NCBI GenBank assembly: GCA_963754875.1
Contig: CAVWHO010000010.1
Span: 224,001-288,000 of the forward strand
Direction of reading: 5' to 3'
Origin: Nitrospirota bacterium
Lineage (GTDB): Bacteria > Nitrospirota > UBA9217
Length of the DNA: 64,000 nt
Shown one piece after another: positions 43,176 to 53,952 of this stretch (its first letter is position 1; every line of letters begins with the position of its first letter). The notes below the pieces were generated by a model. That model made no database searches, was not told the DNA's origin, and was given only the letters and a program-made list of their open reading frames with translations. The translations under genes and the position numbers were made by a program.

Positions 43176-44174
43176 ATGTCCTATCTCCTTAAACCTTTAA
43201 AAGTGCGTGCAATGAACCTGGCCAACCGGCTGGTAATGCCGCCGATGGCTACCGCAAAGGCCGAGCCTGACGGAAAAGTAAGTCAGGCGCTTCTCGACTA
43301 CTACGAAGAAAAATCCCGCGGCGGCTATATTTCGCTGATCATCATCGAGCACAGCTACATAACCCCGGAAGGGAAGGCTAGCAACAATCAGCTTTCCGTT
43401 TCCGATGACGCGGTGATCCCGGGTCTCGTCAAATTAGCGGAGGTCATTCACCGGAACGGTTCAAAAGCAGCAATGCAGATCAACCACGCTGGAAGCGCAG
43501 CTCTCAAAGAGGTCATTGGGACGACGCCCTTGGCCCCTTCGGCAACAGCGAACCCGCGGCGCGGCGACATGCCCCGCGAGATGACTCTGAATGAGATCAA
43601 CGATATGGTGATTGCCTTTAAAGATGCCGGCCGCAGGGTAAGGGATGCAGGCTTTGACGCCGTGGAAATACACTCTGCACACGGTTATCTTCTCAACCAG
43701 TTTTTGTCTCCCCTGACAAACAAGCGGACAGACGAATACGGTGGAGATATTTCCAATCGCATTCGCATTCATTTGCAGGTGATCCACGCGGTGCGCAGCG
43801 CAGTAGGGCCGGATTTTCCCATTCAGCTCCGGTTGGGGGCTTCGGATTATACAGATGGCGGAACGACAATTGAAGACAGCAAGATTGCCAGCCGGGCCTT
43901 TGAAAAGGCAGGCGTGGATGTCATCCACATTTCCGGCGGGTTTGTCGGGTATACTCCTCCCGGCCTCATTGGGCAAGGTTATTTTGCCCCCCTCAGCGAG
44001 GCCATCAAGCGCACGGTTTCCATTCCCGTGATCCTTACCGGCGGGATTATCGAAGGAGAAGCTGCAGAGAAATTCCTGACGGAGGAGAAAGCAGACCTGA
44101 TCGGCGTAGGAAGAGCCATCCTGCAAGACAGCACATGGGCGGAACGAGCAATTGAAAAACTTCGATCAAAGTAG
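43176..44174 (+). CDS. NADH:flavin oxidoreductase (old yellow enzyme family)
   Basis: NRLVMPPM, QINHAG, EIHSAHGYLLNQFLSP, NKRTDEYGG. Confidence 0.95.
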   Translation: MSYLLKPLKVRAMNLANRLVMPPMATAKAEPDGKVSQALLDYYEEKSRGGYISLIIIEHSYITPEGKASNNQLSVSDDAVIPGLVKLAEVIHRNGSKAAMQINHAGSAALKEVIGTTPLAPSATANPRRGDMPREMTLNEINDMVIAFKDAGRRVRDAGFDAVEIHSAHGYLLNQFLSPLTNKRTDEYGGDISNRIRIHLQVIHAVRSAVGPDFPIQLRLGASDYTDGGTTIEDSKIASRAFEKAGVDVIHISGGFVGYTPPGLIGQGYFAPLSEAIKRTVSIPVILTGGIIEGEAAEKFLTEEKADLIGVGRAILQDSTWAERAIEKLRSK

Positions 44175-44239
44175 AATTCAATGATCCAAGCGGCTGCATT
44201 AGTGGAACGCACATAGTTACATTAGAATGTCATCATGCC

Positions 44240-44707
44240 TTAATACCGGCTACCGCCTTGTCTTTTCCCGGTCCAAAGAGGGACGCCTTTATCATCACGG
44301 AGCCTCAAGACTTCGTCACCCTTTCTTACCTGGCCGGCAAGAAGCGCCGGACGGCCGTCGAGCAAAATTCTTACCCCTACAACTTCCACACTGTCTCCCT
44401 CGTTGATCCTGACATTCTGCAGATCAACATAAATGTGAGGACCGAGATAGACAAGCAGGGGTTCACTGTCGGTTTGGAGTTCCAAGCCGACGCCCGTCAT
44501 CTTTCCGTTCCTGGATTCGAAGTCTTTTACCGCGATGACTTGGCCACGCACGGACTCTGCCTGAGTGGGATCATAATTCCCTCGTTCCTCACCCCGTGAT
44601 CCTCCTCTTCCTCCCATGCGACCAAAACCCTGCTGTGCGGACAATGTCACTGTAACGAGAGCGACAAACGCGAATGCAACCAGACCGGCAACAACGTATC
44701 TCATCAT
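44240..44707 (-). CDS. Exported hypothetical protein, probable OB-fold
   Basis: Signal peptide, Gly-rich linker, VYLGP...GDSVEVVG...LRDDKGVPLW; SD GGAGG. Confidence 0.7.
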   Translation of the reverse strand: MMRYVVAGLVAFAFVALVTVTLSAQQGFGRMGGRGGSRGEERGNYDPTQAESVRGQVIAVKDFESRNGKMTGVGLELQTDSEPLLVYLGPHIYVDLQNVRINEGDSVEVVGVRILLDGRPALLAGQVRKGDEVLRLRDDKGVPLWTGKRQGGSRY

Positions 44708-45269
44708 ATAATACCCTCCGCAATTATCACGCGATCAAAAGTCATGGTGGTTTCCTTAGTGTTTCTAACGGGCATATCGAACCTAACAAGATTTTAGAAA
44801 AAGCGCTGCGTGAGAAGCAAGCAAAGCGTTCCGGTTTGTCGGTTAACCGCGTGGCCATGATATTTTGATGTCTGACATATCAATGCCTTTGCGCTTGGCA
44901 AGTTTATACTCCGTCGCTCCTCGACTACATGAGAGACAGCGACTGAAACTGATTCGGGCAACGTTCTTGCGATTTGCTGCTGCAAACCTGCGTGCGCAAA
45001 AGAATGCGGCGTGGGCCGCCAACATGGTGACGCCATACTTCCAGCAATTCCACATTTCAGTATTGTCAATTTTTGTCAGCGTGTTCATCTCTATTTGTAA
45101 TCTCCTTCATATTACTCATACCTGAGCGCATCGATCGGATTGAGGAGCGATGCCTTATAAGCCAGATAAAAACCAAAAAAAATCCCCATAAATCCTGAAA
45201 AACAAAAAGCCAATAGAATGGAAAGGACCGAAACCACGGTCGGCCAGCCCGAGAAACAATACTGGCAGT

Positions 45270-45460
45270 AATTTGTGATTCCCGGTTCAACTTAACAAAA
45301 AGTTCCATGATCTCGGCGCTCGTTTTCGTATCGAGATTGCCCGTAGGTTCGTCGGCCAGAATGATGGGCGCTTCGTTCACGAGTGCCAGGGCAATGGCCA
45401 CCCGCTGCTGCTGGCCGCCGGAAAGCTGGTTGGGATTTCACGCACCTCAATTTAGGACAT
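45270..45460 (-). pseudogene. Remnant of a MacB-type ATPase with internal deletion; permease missing
   Basis: ATG TCC TAA ATT GAG GTG CGT GAA (MS*IEVRE) fused directly to [15 protein letters not shown]...ADEPTGNLD; no Walker A. Confidence 0.8.
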
Positions 45461-45462
45461 TG

Positions 45463-46638
45463 TTAAAACATCCTTGGCCCGGCCTGCGTTGACGGTCCTT
45501 TTTCTTTACGTAATACTTCCACGATCAACGCCTGTCCTTCACGCAGATTTCCAGACACCACTTCCGTGTAGGTCCCATCGGTGATACCCGGCGTCATTGG
45601 AGTGCGTTTGGGCCTTCCATTCTCGAGGACCCAAACAACCGGTTTTTTCACTTCTGCTGCCCCGGCAGTTCCCGCGCTTGAAGACCGTTCAGGGAACCGA
45701 AACCGCAGTGCGGCATTCGTGATTCTGAGAACATCATTACTCATTGAAACGATGATGTTTACGTTGGCAGTCATCCCAGGCATAAGTTTAAGATCACGAT
45801 TGTTGACTTGTATCACGACGTCGTAGGTGACCACGTTCTGGACGGTGATAGGGGCCTGTCGAATCTGCCAAACTTTTCCCTTGAAGGTGTTGTCAGAATA
45901 AGCATCCACTGCAAATTCAACATTTTGTCCCACTTTAACGACCCCGACATCGGACTCCGCAACATTCGTGTCGATCTGCATTTTCGTCAGATCTTCCGCA
46001 ATCGTGAACAGGGTGGGGGTCTGAAAACTGGCGGCAACGGTCTGGCCAACATCTACGTTTCTCGATATCACAATGCCATTTACGGGAGAAACGATCTTCG
46101 TGTGGTCCAGATTCGTTTTGTCGTATTCAAGCGCGGCCTTTGCCTGTTCCACAGCCGCCTTAGATACGCCTATTTGCGCCTGTGCGGACAGGTAATTGGT
46201 CTCTGCCGTGTCCAGGTCACTTTGCGCAATAAGGTGCTTTGCGAGGAGTTCTTTATTACGTTCGAACGTCCGTTTCGTGTCGATGAGAGCAGCATTCGAT
46301 TTATCAAGATTCGCCTGGGCAGCAAGCAGATTCGCCTGTGACTGCTGTACCTGAGCCTCGAACGTTGCCGGGTCGATCCGGGCAATGATCTGTCCTTTTT
46401 TGACCCGGGAGTTGAAGTCCACGTATAAAAGTTTGATTGTCCCTGACACCTGTGTGCCGACTTGAACCGTTGTGACTGCGTTGACCGTGCCTGTTGCCGT
46501 CACAGTTTGTTGGATATCGCCTTTGGATACGGGCTCCGTCCTGAATGCGGCGGCTCCGCTCTTTCGGCCCAATACAATGATGCCAATAGCGAAGATGGCC
46601 AGAATGATGGCCGAGGTGATTATTATCTTTCTTCTCAT
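45463..46638 (-). CDS. MacA-like periplasmic adaptor
   Basis: [39 protein letters not shown]. Confidence 0.92.
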   Translation of the reverse strand: MRRKIIITSAIILAIFAIGIIVLGRKSGAAAFRTEPVSKGDIQQTVTATGTVNAVTTVQVGTQVSGTIKLLYVDFNSRVKKGQIIARIDPATFEAQVQQSQANLLAAQANLDKSNAALIDTKRTFERNKELLAKHLIAQSDLDTAETNYLSAQAQIGVSKAAVEQAKAALEYDKTNLDHTKIVSPVNGIVISRNVDVGQTVAASFQTPTLFTIAEDLTKMQIDTNVAESDVGVVKVGQNVEFAVDAYSDNTFKGKVWQIRQAPITVQNVVTYDVVIQVNNRDLKLMPGMTANVNIIVSMSNDVLRITNAALRFRFPERSSSAGTAGAAEVKKPVVWVLENGRPKRTPMTPGITDGTYTEVVSGNLREGQALIVEVLRKEKGPSTQAGPRMF

Positions 46639-46648
46639 ACGTTCCTTT

Positions 46649-48040
46649 TTACCGCGCACCCATTGCCTTTTCGATGCTGGCCTGGGCGGTCTTGTAATTA
46701 GCCAGGGCTGTGGTATAGCTGGCCTGGGCCGTGACATAGGTGGCAAACGCATCGGAGACTTCGATCGGGCTTCCCACACCCGCTGCGTACCGGCCGTTCG
46801 CCAGGTCCAGGTTTTCCTTGGCCTGCTTAGAGGCTAGTTCTACAGTTGCGATGCTGGCCTCCGCTGCCTGCAGGTTAAGGTAAGCCTGCCTGACGTCGAG
46901 CAGTATCTGCTGACGTAAAGATTCTTCATTGGCTCTCAGGGTGTAGAGACTTGATTTGGCCTCTGCTACCTGCTGCTGCGTCAGGAAACCGCTGAACAGG
47001 GGAACGGTCAGCACCACCCCGGCATTCCAGCCGTGCTCCATCGAGGAGGTTGTTTCGCCTATCCAGTTGTAGTTTGCGACTCCCGATAAACTCGGGTAAT
47101 AATTTGAACGCGCGAAACTGACATTTTCATCTGCTGCCTGCCTTTTCGCGATGGTCGACTTGAGATCGGGCCTGTTTTCAAAGGCGCGCGCCGTCGCCTC
47201 CTCCAGAGTGATCGCATATTTTTGGAATGAGAGGTTGTCCTCAATCGTGTATTCGGGCGGATCAGGCGTCCCCATAGCGTTGTTCAGGGTAACCCAGGCT
47301 ATCTTGAGCGCATTCTCGGCATTGATGAGGCTGAGCTGCGCGTTGCTCAGATCGACTTCCGCCTTGATAACATCGATCTTCGCATTCGTGCCGACCGCAT
47401 AAAACCCTTTTGCCTGGTCCAGGTGGAGTTGAAACTGTTTTATGACGTCTGCGGCCACATCACGATTCCGCTTGGCCTGCAAAACACCGTAATAGGCCTG
47501 CTTCACGCTCAGAATTATCGTATCCTGCGTTGTATTCAGATCTGAGCGGGCGGACACGAGATTATACTTCGAAATATCGACTTGTGACGATGTCCTCCCG
47601 AAGTCCAGGATGTTCTGGTTGAGCGATACGCTGCCCGTGTACTGCTCGTAAGTGCTCGTTGACGTCGCAAATGACACCGGCTGGATCCTGTCGTATGCTG
47701 CCGATGCGCTCAGCTGCGGATAATAGGAGGAGCGCGCCTCGCCGACCCTGCTCCGGGAAACATCCACACCATACATCGCAGCAAGGATGCTCGGGTTTCT
47801 CCTGAGCGCTGTGTCGATGCATTCGCTCAGCGTGAGCATCGTGACGGTCGGTGCGCTTTGCACGGTCGGGGTCCCCTGGCTCGACGGCTGGACCTGTACA
47901 GTCAGAGATTGGCCTGTTGGCGTGGATTCTTCAGCGCAAAGAGGTGTTGGAATACCGGCCAGCATCAAAAGGCACATCGAGCAGGCTAGGACAATCCCGG
48001 TAAAATCGTGACGCGCCTCTGAGCTAATCTTCTCTGACAT
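46649..48040 (-). CDS. TolC family outer membrane protein (start uncertain)
   Basis: OEP repeats, LDFG, PLFSG, GRYAAGVG.PIEVSDA. Confidence 0.9.
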   Translation of the reverse strand: MSEKISSEARHDFTGIVLACSMCLLMLAGIPTPLCAEESTPTGQSLTVQVQPSSQGTPTVQSAPTVTMLTLSECIDTALRRNPSILAAMYGVDVSRSRVGEARSSYYPQLSASAAYDRIQPVSFATSTSTYEQYTGSVSLNQNILDFGRTSSQVDISKYNLVSARSDLNTTQDTIILSVKQAYYGVLQAKRNRDVAADVIKQFQLHLDQAKGFYAVGTNAKIDVIKAEVDLSNAQLSLINAENALKIAWVTLNNAMGTPDPPEYTIEDNLSFQKYAITLEEATARAFENRPDLKSTIAKRQAADENVSFARSNYYPSLSGVANYNWIGETTSSMEHGWNAGVVLTVPLFSGFLTQQQVAEAKSSLYTLRANEESLRQQILLDVRQAYLNLQAAEASIATVELASKQAKENLDLANGRYAAGVGSPIEVSDAFATYVTAQASYTTALANYKTAQASIEKAMGAR

Positions 48041-48589
48041 CCCTCGTCCCTTGTTTCTTCTCATATTCATATGGATCTATTCGCTCTTCCTTCAAAAACG
48101 GTCTGAAGCCTGGCCTGCAATTGATGCTCATCACCCATGAAACGTGTTACGTTGCCGTCGCTAATGGCTGTCTCGTGACAGGAAACAACGGAGTCAGTCG
48201 CAAATGAGGTTGAGTATTCTCGTGAAACATTCATTTCTGTCAAAATGCGAGTTGCGCCGGCAGTACTGCGGTTACAGGTACACATTAAATTAGAACTCCT
48301 TCTTGCGATGATTTACTGGCACAGACTTATTTCAGAGAGAAAATTCCCGGATTACCGGTATAAGCATCGTGTTTTTTGTAAGTAAGTTCGCATACTTTGA
48401 CACGGATGTTGAGAAAAGGTTTAAGCATTGCAGTCTTTTCCAGAAGAAATCAGCAAAGGTAGGAAAAATTTTCCGATAAGACTTTAATAGGGAAATTGCT
48501 GCCGCTTTGACGATTGCGAAGTGTCGAATGCCGTTTTCTAAGGGCCCGTTTTATTACGATTCTTCATGCGATGATTTCTTGCAAGCCCC

Positions 48590-48605
48590 TGGTATGGAAA
48601 TTGCT
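48590..48605 (+). promoter_or_regulatory. Putative sigma54 promoter
   Basis: TGGTATG-GAAA-TTGCT (GG-N10-GC) about 60 bp before ATG 48664. Confidence 0.6.
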
Positions 48606-48663
48606 CGTGAGAATATCAGCGTTTTAAAGGTTGATTGCTGATTAAGGAAAGGAGGTGAACATT

Positions 48664-49029
48664 ATGTCTATACAGCCTGTCAGTAGCAGCACAAACAATC
48701 CATATGTAAGTAATCTCGCCAATGATTTCCAAACCCTTCAAAATGACGTTCAGGCTTTCGAGAACTCTCAGAGTTCAGGGAAATCGGATCAGGTCAGTCT
48801 TTCTCAAGATGCTTTAAACAAAGCAATGACCCAGGTCCAGAATGACATCGCCAGTCTCTCCCAGGGGACGCAAAGCACTCAGGGCCATCGCCACCATCAC
48901 CATCATCACGGGATGAATGCAGCAGACAGCAGCGCCAGTCCCGCAGCAACGGGCCTCTCTGCGACCGCAAGCAACAGCTATGGCCCGCAATCTCAAAACA
49001 GCGCGAGCACGATTAACCTTACCGCGTAA
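48664..49029 (+). CDS. Ser/Gln-rich small protein with a poly-His tract
   Basis: SD AGGAGG, GHRHHHHHHG, own promoter and terminator. Confidence 0.75.
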   Translation: MSIQPVSSSTNNPYVSNLANDFQTLQNDVQAFENSQSSGKSDQVSLSQDALNKAMTQVQNDIASLSQGTQSTQGHRHHHHHHGMNAADSSASPAATGLSATASNSYGPQSQNSASTINLTA

Positions 49030-49052
49030 TTTGCTCATGATGCAAAGCTGGA

Positions 49053-49090
49053 GGCGGAGGGGCTTTCACGGCCCTCCGCTTTGTTGTTTG
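49053..49090 (+). terminator. Rho-independent terminator
   Basis: GCGGAGGG...CCCTCCGC hairpin followed by TTTGTTGTTT. Confidence 0.7.
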
Positions 49091-49236
49091 ATTCAGGTCC
49101 AGACTTTGTCGTCTTAAAAGACAAGGAAGTTATGATACAGAAAGGTGCGCACATTAAATTTAAAAAAAAACGAAAAGACACTTTTCTTATGGGGCACGAA
49201 GTAAACTGTCTTTGTTTGATACGGTGTCTGTGACAT

Positions 49237-50829
49237 TTACTCAGCATTCCACCACCCTCCGCCGAGTGCAACAAATAAAGCGGCCGTATCCTGATAACGC
49301 TGGGCCAGCGCCTGGAGATAACCGATCTTCGCCTGCTGGTACTGGCCGTCTACGACAAGGACCTGAACATAGTTAGCCGTGCCGGCCTGGTAATTCGCTT
49401 GAATCATTCGCAGCGCTTCCTCCGCCGCACTCTGCGCACGTGACTGGGCATACACTAATTCTGCGTCATGTTCCAGCGCTCGCAGGGTATCTGCAACCTG
49501 GGCAAAGGCGCTGAGAACGGTCTGCCGGTAATTTGCCGCAGAGAGCTGATAGGCATCGAGTGCGGACTGTCGTCCGAACCACAACGTTCCGCCGCGGAAC
49601 AGAGGGGCGCTGACGTTTGCACCGAGGTCCCAGAAACTGCTGTTCCCCTTAAAGAGGTTGCTCGGAGTATTGCTTCCGACGCCGTAGGAGCCGTTCAACG
49701 TAAAGCTGGGGAATAATGCCGCAGTGGCAACTCCGATTTCAGCGCTGGCACTGTGGAGCTGTGCCTCAGCCGCAAGAATATCGGGACGCTGGCGAACGAA
49801 CTTCGAGGGAAGGGATATCGGCAGCTCCGCAGGCAGCGTCAGGTCCGCCAATGCGATCTGCTGAGGAGTCCACTCCGCCGGCATGCGGCCTACCAGGGTT
49901 GCAAGCAAGTGCTCGGTCTGGCTTATTTTCTGCCGGAGCGGGGGAAGCGTTGCTTCAAGAGAAGCAAGCTGGCTCTGGAGACTAAGTACGTTCACGTACG
50001 GGACCGTACCCGCCCGGGCCTGCGCCTCGGTAAGTTTTACCTGCTCCCGTTGCAGATCTAGCAGGTGCTCCGTGGCATTGATCTGTTCCTGGTAGCCCGC
50101 CTCCGCTATCATCGCGTTCACCACGTTGCCGGACAGGGTTATATAGGTGGCCGAAATCACTGCTTGCTGAAAATCCACCTGGGCGCCGAGACTTTCTACG
50201 GCGCGGCGTTCTCCCCCGAAAATGTCGAGAGCATAGCTGACCGTAGCCGAAAGGGTGAACAGGTTAAAGATGGAGCTGGGACTCGCTCCTCCCGTGAGGG
50301 CCGGAGAGGTTTTTTGGCGAGAAGCTTCCAAGCCGGCATTCAATTGGGGATAAAACACACCATAGCCTGCGCGGAGGATGTCCTGGCTTTGGCGCAGACT
50401 GGCCTGCGCAGCCTGCAGGTTCTGGTTATTCGCGATGGCTTCTTTTACCATTGCGTCGAGCTTGGGAGAATTAAACAGCCGCCACCAGTCCGCAGCTATC
50501 TCGGCACCCTGTGTAAAGCGCTGCGCCTTGCCATCCACAGGTATCGTTGCGGTCGGCGTTGCCCCCGTGGTGTAGCCCTCAATCGACGGCGGTTTGGGAC
50601 GCTCGAAATTCGGCCCCACAGCGCAGCCGAGCATGAAGCACAGCGATACGGCGCAGATCCACTTGCGTGCCGGCATTACTGCTGTCATGCTGTTGATCTT
50701 TGCTGTTTTCGAGCTGCCTGTCGGCTTTTGTTGATATAATGGCATTGACTTATCTCTGAAAATGTTTTCGCGGTCACTGCTGAGTGCCGGTACTTCTTGT
50801 TTTCTGGCCCGTTTCTCCGATGTAAACAT
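49237..50829 (-). CDS. NodT-type efflux outer membrane lipoprotein (true start likely downstream of 50829)
   Basis: Lipobox LGC-AVGPNF, WWRLF, RPDILAAE, ALGGGW. Confidence 0.92.
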   Translation of the reverse strand: MFTSEKRARKQEVPALSSDRENIFRDKSMPLYQQKPTGSSKTAKINSMTAVMPARKWICAVSLCFMLGCAVGPNFERPKPPSIEGYTTGATPTATIPVDGKAQRFTQGAEIAADWWRLFNSPKLDAMVKEAIANNQNLQAAQASLRQSQDILRAGYGVFYPQLNAGLEASRQKTSPALTGGASPSSIFNLFTLSATVSYALDIFGGERRAVESLGAQVDFQQAVISATYITLSGNVVNAMIAEAGYQEQINATEHLLDLQREQVKLTEAQARAGTVPYVNVLSLQSQLASLEATLPPLRQKISQTEHLLATLVGRMPAEWTPQQIALADLTLPAELPISLPSKFVRQRPDILAAEAQLHSASAEIGVATAALFPSFTLNGSYGVGSNTPSNLFKGNSSFWDLGANVSAPLFRGGTLWFGRQSALDAYQLSAANYRQTVLSAFAQVADTLRALEHDAELVYAQSRAQSAAEEALRMIQANYQAGTANYVQVLVVDGQYQQAKIGYLQALAQRYQDTAALFVALGGGWWNAE

Positions 50830-51736
50830 CTACCAGTTGACCGGGATAGATATCAATATTTTTCGGCCTCTCAAACCTGAATATGACCGGCAATACTCGC
50901 ACGTCGACCCTTTCAGCCCTTTGGTTCGATAACTCAATTTTGGGCGACACGTAGGGCTGTAGCCGGACATATTCCAGAGGAATGCTGATATCGGTGCCTC
51001 TGATGTGCATCGTTGCATTCATGTGCGACGTTTCGGGCAATCTATGTATAAGGATTTCGTCGATGTAACATCTGACCCCGACATATGCTTGCGATCCACC
51101 CATGACCAGAACAGGGCAGAATCCCTGCGTATAGGTGTCATAAGTGCCTTGCGCCGATATGTAGCTGCCGACTGCAGTATTGATCGACAGGATGGTGCCG
51201 TCCGCCGGCGCCCTGATGGTATACTTGGACAGCAATGTTTGCGCGAGTTCATGCTGCTTCCGCATTACTTCCACGTTTGCCCTTGCCACGTTCACGGCGT
51301 TTTGCGCGTTGTCCAGGTCGTTCTTGCTCACGGACCTCGAATCGATGTCGTATGATTGTCTTTGTTTGTCCAATTGATCCTGAGCGCTCTTGAGGCTTGC
51401 GCTCGCGAGCTCCACCTGGGCCATCTGCTGCTCGCACGTCGCCCTCTGAACCGAATCATCGATCAGGATCAGCGTGGCCCCCTTTTTGACGGCTTTCCCC
51501 TCGCTCACGAGGATGTGCGCGATCGTGCCTGGGACCTCAGGATAAATATTGATGTTCGCGCCGCTTGTTTGAAAGCTTTCAACGATCCCTTCGGCATAGA
51601 TGCCGTTTGCATAGGGATTGGAAGCCGGCTTAAACGCAGGGGGCTGGGGCTTTTTCTCAATGCCGAATATATATGCGCTCACCAGGCCGATTACCAGCCC
51701 GACAAATGCGAGAATGAATATAATCTTATTCCTCAC
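50774..51736 (-). CDS. HlyD-family adaptor
   Basis: N-terminal TM helix, lipoyl-like motifs, IRAPADG, PGQLVDV. Confidence 0.88.
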   Translation of the reverse strand: MRNKIIFILAFVGLVIGLVSAYIFGIEKKPQPPAFKPASNPYANGIYAEGIVESFQTSGANINIYPEVPGTIAHILVSEGKAVKKGATLILIDDSVQRATCEQQMAQVELASASLKSAQDQLDKQRQSYDIDSRSVSKNDLDNAQNAVNVARANVEVMRKQHELAQTLLSKYTIRAPADGTILSINTAVGSYISAQGTYDTYTQGFCPVLVMGGSQAYVGVRCYIDEILIHRLPETSHMNATMHIRGTDISIPLEYVRLQPYVSPKIELSNQRAERVDVRVLPVIFRFERPKNIDIYPGQLVDVYIGETGQKTRSTGTQQ

Positions 51737-52430
51737 GTGCTTCTCCTTTTTCGATGCCGATGACCTTCCCGTCCTCCATTTTCATTATCCTGTCCGCGTA
51801 TTCGAATATCCTGCTGTCGTGAGTAACGATGATGATGCATCGCTTCTCGTTCAGGATGTTTCTCCTGATGAAATCCACAATCTTTCTCCCGGTGTCCCCG
51901 TCCAGAGAAGCGGTCGGCTCGTCGAATATCATGATATCGGGACTGCTGGCGATGGCCCTTGCAATAGCCACCCGTTGCTGCTCCCCGCCGGAGAGTTTGA
52001 CCGGCGGGAGAGGCGCGCGACTCTTTATCCCCACGATGTCAAGACACTCCATGGCCTCATCCAAGGCTTTATTCCAGTCATGCCTTTTCAGAATAAGAGG
52101 GATGGCGACGTTTTCAACTGTTGTCAGCCTGGGGAAAAGGTGGTAATCCTGAAACACGAATCCAACCGTGTTTAATCTGAAATCAGCGAGCTCGTTGCTT
52201 GTCATGTTCCAGATATCCTTGTCCTCGACCTGCACCGAGCCCGAATTCGGCCTGAGAATTCCCGAGATAAGGCTTAACAAGGTTGTTTTACCGCTCCCAG
52301 AGGGGCCCTCAATATAAAACATTTCCCCAAGGTTAGCCTCGAAACTGATGTTGTTGACGGCAACTGTTTTTGTTTCTCCTTCTCCGAACCATTTGACCAG
52401 TTCGTAGGCCTTTACCGCAACTGTAGCCAT
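51726..52430 (-). CDS. ABC exporter ATPase (DevA-like)
   Basis: GPSGSGKTT, LSGGEQQR, DEPTASLD. Confidence 0.93.
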   Translation of the reverse strand: MATVAVKAYELVKWFGEGETKTVAVNNISFEANLGEMFYIEGPSGSGKTTLLSLISGILRPNSGSVQVEDKDIWNMTSNELADFRLNTVGFVFQDYHLFPRLTTVENVAIPLILKRHDWNKALDEAMECLDIVGIKSRAPLPPVKLSGGEQQRVAIARAIASSPDIMIFDEPTASLDGDTGRKIVDFIRRNILNEKRCIIIVTHDSRIFEYADRIMKMEDGKVIGIEKGEAREE

Positions 52431-52431
52431 A

Positions 52432-53568
52432 TTATCCTCTGAAAATGTCGAACGGCTCTATTTTGAGCACTTTTCTGACGCCGATATAACTTGAAATGCC
52501 GGCAATGATCAAAACCATGCCAAAGGCGAAGCCGAGATTCCAGTAGGTTATTCTGGCTGCGTAAGTGGCCAGTCTGAGTCTTGCGGACAGGATCATGAGG
52601 GCGGCGAGACCGACACCCAGGCCATAGCCTGTAAGCGCCGCAAATGTCGCCTGGAACAGGATCATATAGACCAGTTCCTTCCCTTTTATACCGATCGCTT
52701 TTAATGCGCCGAATTTTTCCAGGTTCTCCAGGATGAAGGTGTAAAACGTCTGGCCTGAAATAGAGAGGCCGACAATAAAACTTACCACCGTCATGATGAG
52801 CACATTCATGCCCATGCCCGTCTGGTATTTGTAAAAATTGGAAGTTTTCTGGATAAATTCCTCTTTCGTCAGCGCCACATATCCGAGCTTCCCTACCTGC
52901 TGCTTGATATACGGCACCGCGCCGCTGTTCTTGGGATCGATGAGAATATATGCTGCGGTGAATCTCATGGAAGGTATATAGGTGGTGGCTCTCCGATATG
53001 TGGTGTAGAGGGTCGGCACTCCAAACAAACCGCTGGACACGACTTTTGCAATACCGACGATGACTCCCCGGTGATCGTTTATTTCAAATTCGGTTCCGAC
53101 CTTTGGATTTTCGAGTTTGTAAAATTCCGCATCCTTAACTACGATAAAAGCATTTTCTGCATAGATATCATCAATCTCCCCCTCGATGAGCTCGGGCCTG
53201 CCGTACAGGCTGGAATCATCCAAGCCGAGGACCGTCACCGCCTGATACGCTCCGCTGCGTAGCTTCACGAGCGCCATGCCGTAATAGAGGGGTACTGCGT
53301 ATTTGACACCATTAATGCTCCGTACCGCAGACAATACATAATCCGGCATGGGGATGCTGTTCGCCGGGGTATTGACCGCTGGGTCCATCACCCAGAGCTG
53401 GGCACCTACATTGAGGACAGTGGCGGATGACCGGTGCAGCATACCGGCGAACATCGAGGTCATCTGGATCATCAAAAAGACCGCGAAGGTAATGCCGACG
53501 AGCAAGGCGGCGAATTTACCTTTGTCATTCACCAGCAGCTTATAAGCGATTTTGAGGATCCCTTTCAC
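52432..53568 (-). CDS. ABC exporter permease (DevC/FtsX-like)
   Basis: GTG start with SD GGAG; TM-periplasmic-3TM layout, FGALKAIG. Confidence 0.88.
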   Translation of the reverse strand: MKGILKIAYKLLVNDKGKFAALLVGITFAVFLMIQMTSMFAGMLHRSSATVLNVGAQLWVMDPAVNTPANSIPMPDYVLSAVRSINGVKYAVPLYYGMALVKLRSGAYQAVTVLGLDDSSLYGRPELIEGEIDDIYAENAFIVVKDAEFYKLENPKVGTEFEINDHRGVIVGIAKVVSSGLFGVPTLYTTYRRATTYIPSMRFTAAYILIDPKNSGAVPYIKQQVGKLGYVALTKEEFIQKTSNFYKYQTGMGMNVLIMTVVSFIVGLSISGQTFYTFILENLEKFGALKAIGIKGKELVYMILFQATFAALTGYGLGVGLAALMILSARLRLATYAARITYWNLGFAFGMVLIIAGISSYIGVRKVLKIEPFDIFRG

Positions 53569-53952
53569 AGCTGTTCTCCATTTACTGCAGCGCAGCGACG
53601 TGAGCGGAGGCGATGGTCTGTTATGAGAAGACTCTCTAACAAATCTTAGCACACCATTCGTTTTTTTGTTTGAACTTGATGCGTAACTCGTCTTTTGCAT
53701 TCTTTTCCGGTCGCAAAGTCGGTATAGTTGCATAAAAAAACGACATCAATTTGATATTCTTAGGCGACATTATCGATTTGTTGTTCATCGTAGATCAACC
53801 TGAGAAAAGTTGTCTCTAACTGCGACTTAATGTAGGGTAACAATTAAACCTTTAGTGAAATCCAGTGTCACAATTGCATCGGACGATCGAAAAACAGACA
53901 GCAGTTTCGCGCCGCAGTAATAATCGTTACCTACGGGAAAGGAGAAGTAAAA

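Noticed and set aside
44794..45125. Short Cys-containing ORFs (81-91 aa)
   Set aside because: Several overlapping candidates and none with a recognisable family or convincing SD spacing.
48454..48479. sigma28-like promoter CAAA-N14-TCCGATAA
   Set aside because: Spacing and both boxes deviate from consensus; the sigma54 motif nearer the gene fits better.
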